A stretch of DNA of 63,647 nt, filler included, from Choristocarpus tenellus KU-1152 (GCA_964200185.2; 13 parts of 13 records of this genome joined end to end with filler, not necessarily neighbours in it); one strand, 5' to 3'; counted from the whole stretch's first letter, positions 12,056 through 26,109 are shown. Numbers and translations: made by a program. Notes: generated from the sequence alone by a model not told the origin.

Positions 12056-12238
12056 TGCAAAATAGGACAATAAATAGTGAGGTGTACCTTATTTTGTGTA
12101 TANNNNNNNNNNNNNNNNNNNNNNNNNNNNNNNNNNNNNNNNNNNNTTAATTAATTAANNNNNNNNNNNNNNNNNNNNNNNNNNNNNNNNNNNNNNNNNN
12201 NNATTCTCATTTTCTTGTGTGTTGCCAACATCTTTCAG

Positions 12239-14865
12239 GGTGGGGCAGACCCCTGATTCAGTTCGGTCGCTGGTGAAGGTCGGTTTCAATGTGGTTATTG
12301 AGACAGGGGCTGGGGCAGCCTCTAGCTTCAGTGACAAAGCTTACACCGAGGCAGGAGCAGTGGTTGTGGATAAAAGTACTGCCTGGAAGGGGGACATAGT
12401 TGTCAAGGTTTGAGCAGTGCCGTTGTCCTCCGTACCTTCTCCCTCCCCCACTTGATCCTTTTCGATCCTTACACACACCTGTACTGACATTCATACTCAT
12501 GGACAAGCAAAAGCTTGGAGTCATCTCTATGTGGAAGTACATACTACATAGTGTATCCAACAACCAGTCCATCCATTCATCCCTTTACAGTGTGGGCATC
12601 TTCCTTCACTTTCCCCTACCCCACTCTTGGTCTTCCAGAGCCGTAACAATGTACCTCCACGTTGTGTATTACCCCCCCCCCCCCCCCCCCCCCCCCCCTT
12701 TTCTTTCCCCGCCCCTGCCCCCCCCCCTTTTCCCNNNNNNNNNNTCCCCTTCCCCCCCCCCCCCCCTTGCCCTCCCAGGCCCTAACAATTTCCCCCCCCC
12801 TTTTTTTTTTCCCCCCCCCCCCCCTCCTCCTCCACCTTTTGCTTACCCTGGCCATGGCCCCAACATTTGTCCCTCCTTTCTGCTTGCCGTTTTGGTGCTG
12901 GATCTGCATATTCCAACAGGTGGACCCGCCTACTCCTGAAGAGGCTAGCATGTTGGAGTCGAGGACGTTGGTCGGCTTGTTCTATCCGGGTCAAAATGAG
13001 AACCTGGTGGAGCAGTTGAAGGGGCAAGGTGCGACAGTGATGGCCATGGACTGTATCCCCCGTACACTATCCAGGGGTCAAACGTATGATGCTCTCAGCT
13101 CTCAGGTGGGCACATGGGATGGGAGGAAGGAGGGGGAGGTGAGGGGGGGAGGTGGCGCCGGGATGAAAATGTTTGGGTTGCATAGCCTTCTGTGGTAGAA
13201 TTGCACCTATCAATACTCTTGACAACACGTACTTGTTCAATTGTGTGTTGAATCAGAGATGGATGTTGACTGGTTGGTGTAAAGTTGCTTGTGTGTATAC
13301 GTCACCCTGAACCTTGAACCCCCCCCCCCCCAATGTGCCATGGTGTCTTTTGGAATCTCAGGCAAACATTGCTGGCTACCGGGCAGTGATTGAAGCCGCG
13401 CATCACTTTGGACGATTCTTGGGAGGGCAGATGACTGCCGCAGGGAATGTAAAGCCTGCCAAGGTATGTTGTGGATGCGCTGTGTCCAAAGGGAGACGAC
13501 ACTTTTTTCTGCAGAATCAGAAATATGAGTGTTTGAATGATGTTTGGCATTTTAAGTACGCTGAATGTGTAGGTGTTGATGTTTTTGATTAATCTCTGTG
13601 GTTGTGGGAATTTGGAACAGTTTGCTTCAGATTTCTGGTGTTGGTTGTTAGAACCGAAGTTTCAAGAGCAGAAGCAAACTTCTTTTTTCTCATAGAGTGT
13701 CCCTTTATTTACTTCTTTTTTCTCCTGATGAAACTGACTCTTTTTTAGAGTCATATCAGCAGCATACTCAAGTTGTTAGAATATTTTTTATCGATGTTTG
13801 TGTACTAAGAAGCATGTTATTTTTATTTGTCAGGTTTAATTTGGTGTGCGGTCTTTTTGGTTATATATATTAACATACAGCTGAGCTCAACTGTTGACAG
13901 CTTATTTTTGGTTACATATATTAGGAGTTGAAGAAAGAAGTAAGAGTCCTGCCTGAGACTCGTTTTTTTAGCAGTATATCATATCGCCAATGGTGGGGTA
14001 ATGGATTGAGGGTGGGGGGACAGATAATGATGGAGAAGATGTTGATGTACGTTGCTGCACCATCTTGAGGTCTTTGTAGGTATACTTTCCGTGTGTGTGT
14101 TAGTGTGTTCTTCCCATCCTACTATTCTTATCATGCTTTTCTCTTCACCATCTATAGCTTCTTTTAACTTATGTACACACTTGCCCGGCTCTGTGGCCCT
14201 CCGGTGCCATTGTTTGGCCCTGGGGCATTGGTATGTGACTCTGGGTTGCAACTGTGTGGCCTTGGGATGCTGCGGTGTCGCCTTGGGGGTGAATGGGGGG
14301 AGATCAGGTGTTGGTGGTAGGAGCAGGCGTTGCTGGATTGGCAGCAATCTCTCAGGCCAAGGCGATGGGTGCGGTGGTTAGGGCTTACGACGTTCGGACT
14401 ATTGTCCGTGAGCAGATTGAGTCATTAGGAGCAGAGTTCCTTCAGGTGGGTGGATGGTTTGGATGGGCATGTAGTAGTAGTAGTAGTAATAGTAGTAGTA
14501 ATAGTAGTAGTAGTAGTACACACTTCAAAAGTGTGTAGCGACTGGTCAATGGCACAGGTAAATTTGGAGATGTAGGTATATTTATGTGTTTGTGTTTATG
14601 GTAGTATGATGGTTGTGCAGCAATAAAGTGCTTGCTGTGCAACATTATGTTGATTATCTTGGTGCCCTTTGTTTTTGGTTGTAATAATAATTACAATAAA
14701 TGTAATATTAATTGCCGTTATTGTAATGTAATAATATTTATAATTTATGTTGTAATGTTTGTTGTTTTTATTTTTAATTATTATTTTACTTTATAGGTGG
14801 ATTATGAGGAGGATGGTAGCGGTGCTGGGGGATACGCCAAGGAGATGAGTGATGGCTGGAAGGAG
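12239..14865 (+). CDS. NNT: NAD(P) transhydrogenase, alpha / domain I region, partial (5 exons)
   Basis: Exons 12239-12407, 12920-13105, 13362-13463, 14308-14445 and 14797-14865, all GT-AG and in phase. They read RVGQTPDSV...ETGAG; [20 protein letters not shown]|[13 protein letters not shown]...GQMTAAG; [13 protein letters not shown]...YDVR; GGYAKEMS. Confidence 0.96.
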
Positions 14866-15984
14866 GTGAGCATCAGGATAGGAGGATGGGGGAGGGGTAG
14901 GAGAGAAAGGGAGGATGAATTTTGGGATGATTCTTGTTTTGTTTTTTTGGATAGGCTGGTTGAAACAAGAGGTCCATGTGTGTGTTTTTTTTCAAGCTGT
15001 AACAACAAAATCGTGATTAGAATTCCTAGTTTATTTTCTTCAGCATGTGCTTCGAATGATCAATTTATTTATTTTTGTATTTAGTATTATTGTTATTCTT
15101 ACAATTGTGTATTTTCTGTATTTTGTGGGAGATGAAGGAGTGTATTTTTGACTATAGTAAGTACGCCACTGGTGATGCACATATCACGGGAACAGTGCAT
15201 TGTGTCATAATTACTTTGGACATTGTCTTGTAGAAAGGAAAATTACCAACTTTTTTTTTTTTGGGGGGGGAGGGGGAGTGAGATCGCATGGGTTTTATTA
15301 TGTTGACTTTTTTTTTGTCATCCTCTTTTTTCTTTTTTTTCTTTTTGTTCCAGAGTGAGAACCTTTTCTCAGTGTCATGTGGAAGCCTTGTTTGTAAGTT
15401 TGTAAGTTTGTAAGTGTGTAAGTGTGTATCCTGTTTTCTATTTTTCTTTCTGGTTCTGCATGATAGATGTGATATATGGTGGTATGAGCGGCCTGTTCAG
15501 GTAAAGGTGGGGGGTGGGAGGTGGGNNNNNNNNNNNNNNNNNNNNNNNNNNNNNNNNNNNNNNNNNNNNTTAATTAATTAANNNNNNNNNNNNNNNNNNN
15601 NNNNNNNNNNNNNNNNNNNNNNNNNGCGTGTGTGGTTTGTGAGGGGGCGTCTGTTTCGGCCAAACAACTCTTCTTTTTGCTGACATTTCAAATCCGACAC
15701 GTGCGACCAAATCACACCAAAAAAGGGTGAAAAACGGACGCCGACACCCCCCCCTCCCCCACATACTTTGACTCCAATCAAAGTTGACCAATAATAGTTG
15801 AGCAGAACAACAGCACCCCTCCTAAACTTTCTTCAACCTCGAAAATATTTAAGGGGGACTTGGAGGCTTCAGGACACATCTTGCAACTAGGGCATACAGA
15901 ACTACACTATCCAGATTCCAGATTGCATCCTTAGCACTACATCAGGCCAGTTCATCAACTAAGAAACAAAACTGATTTACAGAC

Positions 15985-18900
15985 TAACCCTAACACTACC
16001 AAATGACTTGGTTCTAATCACAACTCAAAAGATCATTTATTTACTATTCTTACAGTGTCTAAAAAGTGATTGGCAATGATTTGCACTCTAACCCCAACCC
16101 TAGGAACAAAAAAAAAGCCCCCAAAACTGTTTATGTGAAGTATTTATCTCTTCTCAACAAGCAATCTTAACACCAACCCTAACCCTAACCCTATTTCAAA
16201 ATAATGATCTGCTACTACTCCAGAAAGAAGTGGTTACCTGATGACCATATACTGCTGCGGCTAGACACATATATATGTACACGCATTGAGCATGAGGATG
16301 CCAAAATTCCAACCCATATCATACCCACATTCAATTCCAACCCCCCCCAAATCAAAACCCAATCAAAGTTGACCAATCACCTTCACCTGCATCTCCGTCC
16401 ACCACATGAAGTTCCGATAAGATCTTGGAAGCATAAAAAATGTCCTAATTTAATTTTTTTTTTTTTCACAAAAACAGAAAGCCACAAGGATTTACTTCAT
16501 TGGGTTGGGATATGTTGATACACAAATATATGTATGTGCATGTTTTACCCTAACCTCAACACAAAGAGGTCAAGACATGTATATCAAGACACTAAAAAAG
16601 TGCACTACCTCATGATCAAATGATCCTATAAATACGCTACATGATATGATGTAATATATCATGTTTAAATAACAGGTTGGGGATAGGTACAGATTTGTGA
16701 GCATATATCATCCTTGAATGTACATATAGTAGAAACTGTTCTGCACACCATATTTATTATGTCTCTTTTGCAACTACATACACTTCTCTCTCATTCTTTA
16801 TGGCAAGTTGGATGAGCTTGAGGTCAATCTCCATCAAGGGATGTTTATGGTTAGGGTTAGGGCAATCATACGTGTACTAAAAATAATAATGAAAATATAA
16901 AATAGAAACAATGTATGTTACATATTGGAAAGCACCACAATAGTCCTGCATGCAGATAGGGTTAGGGTTAGGGTTACATTCCTCAAAGTATAGAAGCAAG
17001 ATAATCAATCTCAGAACAAACACTTCTGGTTACAGGCTGAACATAATTAGGGGTGACTGTTGCCAAAAGGTACCATGGGATTAGAGGAATAGTCTAATAA
17101 TACATGGCATATGGTCGCATACGGTACACACTTGAAGCAACAGTGCAGGGGTTAGGGTTAGGGTAACATCAAATTGGTTCACCTATTTCTTGATGAAAGG
17201 TAAAAGTGTTTGGGCTATGCAGAAATGTTTAATGCTGAATACAACAGGGAAATGTAAAAACAAATGTATGACTCTACTGCAATACATGGTTGTGTGATGT
17301 GAATAGTTTTGTTCAACTTTGTGACAAAATGAGGTACCTCCACTATCCACTCTCCATAGGTAATTTATTGAAGCTTGACATCAACATTGCATCCTAGAGG
17401 AGAAAAACTACACTACACATTGCATCACTATTATTATTATTACTACCATATATAAAAAAAGGTATTGCAATTAATACCGTAGTATTTATCCTCATGTTAG
17501 GGTTAGAATGGTGATCCAAAGGGGCAATACAAATTGAGAAAAGACGAAAGGAGAAACAGCCCAGTGGAAGACAAAAAGGGTATACCTTCACACAGACAGA
17601 TATACACACTTCTTTGAGCCTTTACAACACACTGACATACCAAAAAGAAGTGAAGAGCATGGCCATGGCGACATGGTAACCCTAACCCTAACCCTATAAT
17701 TACACCAAGAAAAAATATATAGACAAAAACCCCCGAAAAAAGCACCTCTCTTGATTCCTCGTAGTCCCTCTTTACTGCCCTGAATATGCCCCTATGAAGG
17801 AGTGCTTCCACCATGGTAGGCGATTTCTCAGCCGCTTCTGATATGTGCTTGCTCAGAACAGACTCTTTCATATCCTTGTATTCACGCTATCAATACAACA
17901 CATTTTTCAAGGGTTGGGGGTAGGTTTTCCATAAAATAAAGAGTATGGGTATAAATTTGTGACAGTATAGATATAGGAGTTGATTGGCCTAACCCTAACC
18001 CTATACACTTTCAGGGTTAGGGTTAGGGCAACGCAAACAAAAAACATCTTCCCCCTTTGACGCTTTTGTCCCCAATCTCTGTGTTTGTTACATCCTCCCT
18101 TGGTAGATCATACAGCACATCAAAACAGATCGGAGTGAGCCCTAACCCTAGCCAATCTGCTGCTTCTTGGGGCTAATAGAAGTCAGTGTGAAGTCAGTGT
18201 GGTCCTTCAAATTTTCTTGATAGGGTTCAGCAACTCAAGAGTACCACAGCAACAACCACAAAAAAAAATTGTTCTTACAGAAGCGACTTCAACCTATAAA
18301 TAATAGTAAGGGTAATTAATTAAGACCTGGAGGTTACTGTAGGTCAAATTGTTCCTATAATAGATTTTTTTGTTCCTAGCACTAGTTAATTGGTGTACAT
18401 GTTCATGTTGTATCTCCTCACCTACACAAACTATTACCTATTTTGAACTGTGGCCACCATACAGGACACAAGCCACCCCTCCATCTCCACCCCTTGTGAA
18501 TTGCGCATTACTGTACTGATACCCTTGATACTGATAGCATACAATCTTCAATAATTGGATCAAACTTAGAACATAGAGTCCCCTTGAGCCTCCATCTCCA
18601 ACTCTATCCTTTAATACCAGTAGTGATTAATATAAAAATTCAGGAACGGACCTCAACTGTGGGGGGAACAATCCTCCGGGGTGTAATGAAATTAGGGTAA
18701 GGGTTGTTAATATGAATATAATATGCACTTGAGTTAGGTTTAGTATTTATGGGTATAATTTGAAAGAACTTCGTATGCAATGGGGACTCAGAGGACATAG
18801 AACCTTGAACCTTATAAACATGCTTTCAAAAGCAAACTCTTGTGATGTAGGGACAATGCTTATACTGCATAGCTACAAAATAGAGTTGTTTACCATACTA

Positions 18901-19720
18901 TATATTCTGGTACAGGTGAAGGTAAAGTTACAAAAATGATGATTTTGTCATACTATATAACCCTAACCCTAACCCTAAGTGTGGTTCATGATTCCTAACC
19001 CTAACCCACTAACCCCCACATGGCCAACCGGCCAGGAAAATTACTGTAATCTTCAGCTATAGGCAGAGATATGATCTCACAACCCTAACCCTAACCCTGT
19101 ACCGGGTCCCTGTAGGTACTGCTAACCCACTGTCATAAATGGCACTTCTACCCCTAAATTATAGTGTGGTACAGTACTTTGGTACAGTACTGTGAACTGA
19201 CTAAGATATAAATAGCATGTGCTTACTCATGTACTTGATACTGCAGTACAATGTTCTGGTAAAGTACATACCAAGTACATTATGTTCCATACTAAGTACA
19301 TTGTGTTCCATACTAAGTACATTATGTTCCATACTAAGTACAATGTGCTCCGAATAAAAGATTCCATTGTTGGTACTTCTGTTCACCTTTATTGAATCAA
19401 AATTTCAAATCAATTTATTCTATTTGAATATTATGCAACAAGTTGATCACCAAGCACCGAGATGAAATCTGTCATCGTTTGCAGTATGAATAAACCTTAA
19501 ATAAACCTTAAGAGAATAACCAATCAAAATCAGTATCAATCAATCGTAGCAATTCTCAACTCTCATGCACACACACACAGGCACTACCATCCCGCACATA
19601 GGATCTTTAAGTTACAACTCCTATCAAAACCTCACAAACCCTAACCCTCGAAACCAGAAACCAACAGATCCCACCTTCCATCACAACTGAACCTTAGCCA
19701 TAACCCTAACCCTAACCCTG
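15985..19720. repeat. Dispersed interstitial telomere-like (CCCTAA/TTAGGG)n tracts in introns
   Basis: Short tracts in both orientations near 16175, 16850, 16957, 17148, 17678, 17988-18028, 18958-19010, 19081 and 19701. Confidence 0.85.
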
Positions 19721-20005
19721 ACTAAAGCTTCATTCATCCCTTACTTCCACATTGGCGAATGACCCAAAGCTCTTGAGCACATCATGCACAGTTTGTCTCA
19801 CCAAAGGCTTCAATGCCTTACCCCCTTGACCTCTCCCTTTCTCCCCATCCCCAGCTATTCCCTCCCTCTCCTTCTCCTTCATTTCCTGTACTTTCCTCTC
19901 TGCCATGATTTTCTCTGCTTGTTCCATAGCTATAGACTTGAGTAGTGGCTCCAAGTTGGCTGGGGGTTGGGGGGGCACTATTGGTGCACTAGGGTTCATG
20001 GCAGC
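17746..20005 (-). CDS. TPR protein, Tom70-like mitochondrial import receptor, internal exons
   Basis: Phase-0 exons 20005-19745 and 17886-17746; a possible next exon lies at 16423-16387. LEPLLKSIAMEQAEKIMAER...VLKSFGSF and VEALLHRGIF occur in the same order as the Tom70 segments VLK...AKE...YFSSF and EALLLRATF. Confidence 0.55.
19265..19345. repeat. 21-bp minisatellite
   Basis: About 3.5 copies of TACTAAGTACATTATGTTCCA. Confidence 0.9.
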
Positions 20006-20243
20006 CTAGTAAAGGGAATGATACAATGAAAGGGGGGGGGGTTGAGGGATGACTGTGGGCATACACTACATATTGCACTTTCTCATGAATGTCGTACCAA
20101 GTTGTCAACANNNNNNNNNNNNNNNNNNNNNNNNNNNNNNNNNNNNNNNNNNNNTTAATTAATTAANNNNNNNNNNNNNNNNNNNNNNNNNNNNNNNNNN
20201 NNNNNNNNNNGGGGTTTGTGGTTGGTTGTGTTGTGTGTTGGGG

Positions 20244-20285
<42 letters not shown>

Positions 20286-23200
20286 AGAGAGAGAGGGAAA
20301 AGAGGTATGGTGGGTGACATTTTTGCTCTTTTGATTTATTGGTTTAGAAGGGGAAGAGGGAAGTGGGGATAATGTGTGCTGATGTGACTGACACCTGTAG
20401 GATTAGAAAGGACAAGGAACTTGGGCTCATGATTGCTACATTAGATTCATTTTGTATTTGGATGTGAAGTGTATGCCGACTGTCATTCCTGTTCTGAAAT
20501 GTGGTAGAATTTTGTTTGTTTCTTGTTCCCTGTGTGTCTCACTGATTTTTTTTTGTGTATGCAGTTTTTTTACAGTGTGTCATTTGTGATTATGTTTTGA
20601 CTTGAGCCTTAAGAGGTAAAGGGAACAAACACTAGGCAAAGGCACTGAGTTGTTGGGACAAAAGGCAGTAGGTCGACCTGAAGTGGAGGGTATGGGTGTG
20701 GATTCGGCGGGCCTTGGGGATGCTGTGCCCAATGCATCAAAATGAACCATGCAGTGATTTGCTCTGATGCACCGACATGAACCTATCACAAGTTGGATCA
20801 AAGTTAGCTCGACTTGTGAGTTGGAATGTGTATCTACACTACTGTTGGTGAGTAGTGGATGAAGGGGATATGTAGGGGAACTGGTTATTCCCCTTTCTAT
20901 GTTTAGTTCTTCTGAGTGCCAATTTTTCAGGTGACTGCCAAGACTTGTGTGGAGGAAGGGAAGAGTGTTTTGGATTGCAACGACATGTAGGGTTGGCCTA
21001 GTATTAGCTGACTTAAAGTAAAAAAAATAAATTAATCACACACGCAGCGAATTCGGGCAAGTATGTTGCTATTTCCATTTGAAATTTAACCTTTTATTTA
21101 TTGTCCATCCACAAAGCTGTCATTTTGATTTTTTTTAAAATCAGACATTGCGACCTTTATTAAACCCCGTCTGTGTATACTTTTTCTGAATGCCAAACCA
21201 GAACAAGAGAAAAAAATAGCCAGACAAAGCCCAAGAAAAATCTCATGTATTGGTGTGTGATTTCGGATACCGTAAGAGGTGACTTTGGGTTGCCAATGTT
21301 CCGATTCAGTCACATAAACACGATGAAGTTGACATTCCTTAGTTCACTGATGAACCCTGGGCACATAAGCCATGAAACGAACAGTAGGAAAATACTCTCT
21401 AGTAGAAGTAATGCTCCAACTGAAAAACACACTGTTACGATTTTTTGCTGTTACAAATGATCTCCCGGTGAGTACAAAGATTGGAATGAAGAGTCTGGAA
21501 GTGTTTGGAAGTGAACTTTTTGCTCGAGTTTACACTTGTAACGAGAGATTTGGGTGAAATGGTTGTAATTCACCAGGTTTGAGGATTGAAAATGTTCTGG
21601 TAGATTACACCCATCATATACAAGCCTGTCTTCTGGAACCTCTTAAAAAACAGTGCACAATACTCTGCCTTGCAGAGATACTGAAACATGCATTTATTAT
21701 GAGGAAGTCCCCACCCACCACAATTTACCCTGTTTCCAACAAGTTTATATGTACCCTACACTTAATTTTCTTTTGTGTTGTGTGATATTTGACCTTTCAC
21801 CTCACCATCTTCGCTTGTACCATGAACAAATATCGTGGAAATGAGGTGCCATGTTTTTCGTATTTTTTTGTTGGCAACCTCATGCGGAACTGTATCCATA
21901 ATCTACAACACCTATGAAGTACAGAGGCAGTAACAAGCCTTGGAAATAGATTATGTGTGTTTGTGATTGCCCAGTCATGACTAAGGACTTCCTCTCCTCT
22001 GCTTTCAGTAGTCTTCTGAAGTAGACAGCTTCTGGACCATCACGTATCACTCAACTTGGCACTCACCTTATCTCCCCCTCTCTGCTGTGATTGTACTATA
22101 GTGGCTCTTGTGAGCTACCTCTTCTCCATGCCCGCTTGTCAGTCTCCCACCTTTTCCCTAGACAAACCACATCACTGCCCTGTCTTTTGATCTACTTCGC
22201 GATTATGACAGACTGCATGTTTACACATGCGCAGTTCAACTGTTATGATCCTCCACAACAGACAAGCGTTGCCTCAAAGCATATTTTACGTCTTCCTGCC
22301 CCTGTGCTCAGGACCTGTGTAACTACTATTAGTATTAATACTGCCAACACATCATCTATAGCTAATCCTTAGGAAATGAGTATGTGGTAGCTTAAACCGC
22401 AGAGAGTGGAGTTTAATTGCTGTACTAGGCAAGGAAGTTGTGTGTAAGAACCTTTATGCAATGTGTGTATGTGTCCACGAAAAGGAGTGACTAAATTGTG
22501 GAAGCTGTGCTGTTCACCACAAGTGCTTACACAACAAAATAATTTTGCTTTAAAGTGAGAATCGTGTGACACAGCAGACACGCACTACATCTCCAACAGC
22601 AACATAGAAAGAAAAAATAGCACAGTCCGTTCAGTTAGAGTGCCCAAATCTGACATCCCCTTAAGTTCTACCACGATTTTCCCAAGATATGCCCTCCATC
22701 ACCAGAAGGTTACACTCTCACATATGCCATGACTACACCTTCAATACTTTCTTCAAACAATGGGTGGATCTGTCACAACATTACCCACGGTAAGCCAAAA
22801 TGCCCATGGACTTTCTCTGCCTTGAATAACTACTACTTCATTGTGATAGTGCTAGGTACTGTGGCTACTACCAAAAAAAGACACCATGAGGAGTACGATC
22901 ACCACAACTAATATGAAACGCTAAAACAAACAATTATTATATGAACACCCTATCTCAATTTACCACATGGGGGAACAGTTGAGACAAAAAACACCTAATC
23001 CCAACAAAATCCATAATTCAAAGAAGCAGGGTCCACCCCCCCTCCAAATCTCTGTGTCAGTGACATCATTTTTGCTGCCCTTGTTCATCCCCACCTTCTC
23101 CTTCCCACATATCCTTGGCAACTGTGGCAGACCACCAGTGGGAAGACATCGGTGACAATGGACCAATTGCCACCCCCCCCCCCCTCCAGATCTNNNNNNN

Positions 23201-23865
23201 NNNNNNNNNNNNNNNNNNNNNNNNNNNNNNNNNNNNNTTAATTAATTAANNNNNNNNNNNNNNNNNNNNNNNNNNNNNNNNNNNNNNNNNNNNCCCCCCA
23301 CATATACTTTGGGTCAGAAGGCTGTCGGTTAGGGTATGTTTTCCCACTGTTAGGATGCGGGGTTGGTTTTTTCGTTTATTTGCTTGCATGAGTCGTGTCT
23401 GATATGTACACAAAGAGGACCGTCAGTTAGGGCCTGTTCTCCCGGTGTGTGCATGAGGAACCAAAACATATATCATGTACTTTTTAAATGTAGTACTTCG
23501 TTTATTTTCGTGAATGTGTCGGATTTAGTATGTAAACAGACGTGGTTGTCGCTGAGGGTGTTAGGGTTGAAGTTGTTGGTATGAAGGAAGGGAAAAGGGT
23601 CAGGTTTTGTTTTCGGGTTAGTGTACTGTATCTTTCATGTAATGTGTGAACGGTTTCTGGAGGTGTATACAATGGTTATTGGTCAAGGTCTATTTTCGTA
23701 CGTTTCTCTGAAAGCATTTCAAGATACACTTCCAGAGGTCCTGGGTTGGTGCTGTACTTAGGAGCATCGTGCGTGGACTTCGGTGTATGATCCTCCAAGA
23801 TTCGAAGGAAGACGAGATCGGTTCTAGTTTGTTGACACTTGGACAAAGCATGAGATGGGGAATAT

Positions 23866-24387
23866 GAGCCAAAGTATCAAAGAGGGTAGAGTCGCGTCCA
23901 TTTGGGGCCAAAATCCAATGTTGCGATTTTGATATAATTTTGGCTATCGTGTTTGCTAGGAAGTGTCAATGTCCTTGTTCCGGACACACCTTTTCAGAAC
24001 GTATCTATTTTACCTACTGGAAATATTTTGGAGTAGGAAAATGGAGTGAAAGTATCTTAAAGGGTACGAGTTTTGCCCTGTTTTTCCGTTTGGGGCGCTT
24101 GGTTTCCCATGGGTTTTTGTGACATTTTCCTACTCCGAAACATTTCGGAGTAGGTAAAATTTGTAGGTTATGAAAAGGTGTGTCCGGAACAGGGATATTG
24201 ACACTTCCTAACAAATACAATAATAGCAAAAATTGCATCAAAATCACAATATTGGATTTTGGCCCCCAAATGGACACGGCTCTACCCTCTAAGATACTTT
24301 GACTCAATGTCATTAAATAAACATGGGAAGCCAAGCCCCAAATGGACAAACAGAGCAAAACTTGTACCCTATAAGATACGTTCACTC
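23866..24387 (+). mobile_element. MITE with a second MITE copy (24044-24305, reverse orientation) nested inside
   Basis: The inner copy GAGTGAAAGTATC...GATACTTTGACTC is flanked by AATG...AATG. The outer copy resumes and ends TTCACTC at 24387, with flanks ATAT/GTAT. Confidence 0.9.
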
Positions 24388-24949
24388 GTATAGAGTATTG
24401 AGAAGCGGGGGGGAGGTGTGTTATAGTGTTCAAGGAATAATTTGCGGCTTTGAAAAGGACAGGGTATCCATCGCAGGCCTTGGCGAATTGTTTGGAAGGG
24501 CTAGCTGAGAAGATGGAGAAGAGTTGTTTAATCGTTGTTTTATATTTTAGTAGTCTAAGCCTTGTATTGGACACGCTCGTTTAAACAAACAATAACACAG
24601 GCCTAATTCTCAACATGAGCATGATATATGATACGCTGATGACTCTGACTGGTAGCAATTGTATCTGATACCACTGTCTAAATGCATAACTCTTCGAATG
24701 GAAAGTGCATGAACATGGTAGTCGGACACCAAGGCAAGGTACACTGATGCATAAATCAGTTTACCTGTAACTCGATTAATACTCCAACAAAAAACTGAAA
24801 CGATTGGACCCTTATTCCAATTGGTGGGCGGACTCGAAATTGCATTCGTCACCCTTCTCTCACCACGCTGCAAGCTTAGGGTATGTCTCGACAAGAAGAT
24901 GCCATAGATTTAGGCGTGTAGAGTACCTGCTGTTCCAAGGTTAGGGCTT

Positions 24950-25781
24950 CATGAGGCTCGAGAAGAAGGCCTTCCTCGCATGGAGTGCTTCCACATGCTT
25001 GGGACGCAACGTGTTGCCTCCAGAGGAACTTGTACAGGAGGAGGTGGGTGGGTGGCTATGATCGGACTCAGAGTCCGTGCCTGTCGGGAGTGACCCCGGA
25101 ATGTCCCCAAACACCCATTCGGTGGGCAGCGGCGACAACGAGTCCCAAGTACCAGGGAACACATATGACCATACTGTGAGGCAAAGTGAGAACCATGTCC
25201 ATGCCAATCCTACGCCAACACCATGGGACAAGCCTTCCGAGAAGGGTAAAGGAAAGGGGGAAAAGAGGATAATTAGGAAGAAGAGGGTGAGAGAAGGTGC
25301 TGGACGGATGAGACCCTTCAAACAGCCTCGTGGTCCAGATGGCAGCGCTTTAGAGTCTGGCTTCTTTGCAGACGTCTTCGCTTCTGCCAAAAAGGGCTGA
25401 TACGTGGTAAATCCGTCTTCATCTACCTCGAGGTACGATGATAACGACGAAAGGTAATCGCATGGTGATGATGATTGCGTCACGCAGGACGCGGCCAACT
25501 CCGGCGATGCATCCGATGTGGGGATTACCGAAGCCTTCATGGAGGCGTGTATTACCGAGCTTCTACGATCGGCAACGAAACCTGCTCTTTGCAGTTATCG
25601 ATTGCAGACTCAAATCCTCACCCAAGTCATATACGACCATGGGTTCAGGGTCATCAAGGCCGGTAAAGGGGCCGTTTCTGTTGTTTTCGGGGATGAATGT
25701 TATGTCCATGAGCCCACACAGGTTAAACTCAGTGATCGTGGAGGGAAGCCAGTACACACCAGATATCAATGGTGGTGGTAA
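24950..25781 (+). pseudogene. Decayed ORF of unknown family (one frame, 3 internal stops)
   Basis: The single frame RLEKKAFLAW...GGWL*SDSES...AKKG*YVV...DER*SHG...MEACITELLRS...YQWWW* links ORFs 25077-25400 and 25518-25781. No recognisable motif. Confidence 0.45.
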
Positions 25782-26050
25782 TACCGACATTTTCAAATTC
25801 GATGCCATGTATTTATTACCTTTACAACCATGTATACAACAGCTGTCAATGGTGGTAACACTAACATTTTCAGATTCGATGCCCTCTATTTGTTACCTTT
25901 ACAACCGTGCACACACCAGCTGTCAGCAGTGGGAATACCGACATTTTCACATTCGATGCCCTGTATTTATTACCTTACAACCGTGTACACACCACCTGTC
26001 AATAGTGGTGTCACCAACGTTATCACATTCGATGACCTGTATTTATTGCC
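25752..26050. repeat. ~77-bp tandem repeat, about 4 copies
   Basis: Unit GTACACACCAGCTGTCAATGGTGGTAATACCGACATTTTCA.ATTCGATGCCCTGTATTTATTACCTTTACAACCGT. Confidence 0.9.
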
Positions 26051-26109
26051 AAATTTGTACTTAGAAGTACGTTCCAAAATCGACATGTACGTGTCAAACT
26101 GGCGCATTC

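Noticed and set aside
12400-13198. Pro-rich and Gly-rich ORFs in the ORF track
   Set aside because: They come from poly-C low-quality intron sequence containing an N gap. Only the NNT exon 12920-13105 is credible.
21345-21385. CTGATGA...GAAAC as a hammerhead ribozyme core
   Set aside because: Stem II does not pair beyond the first base, and stems I and III could not be built.
20211-23193. Possible genes or retroelement relics in this contig
   Set aside because: I could not establish a consistent exon chain or a recognisable motif.
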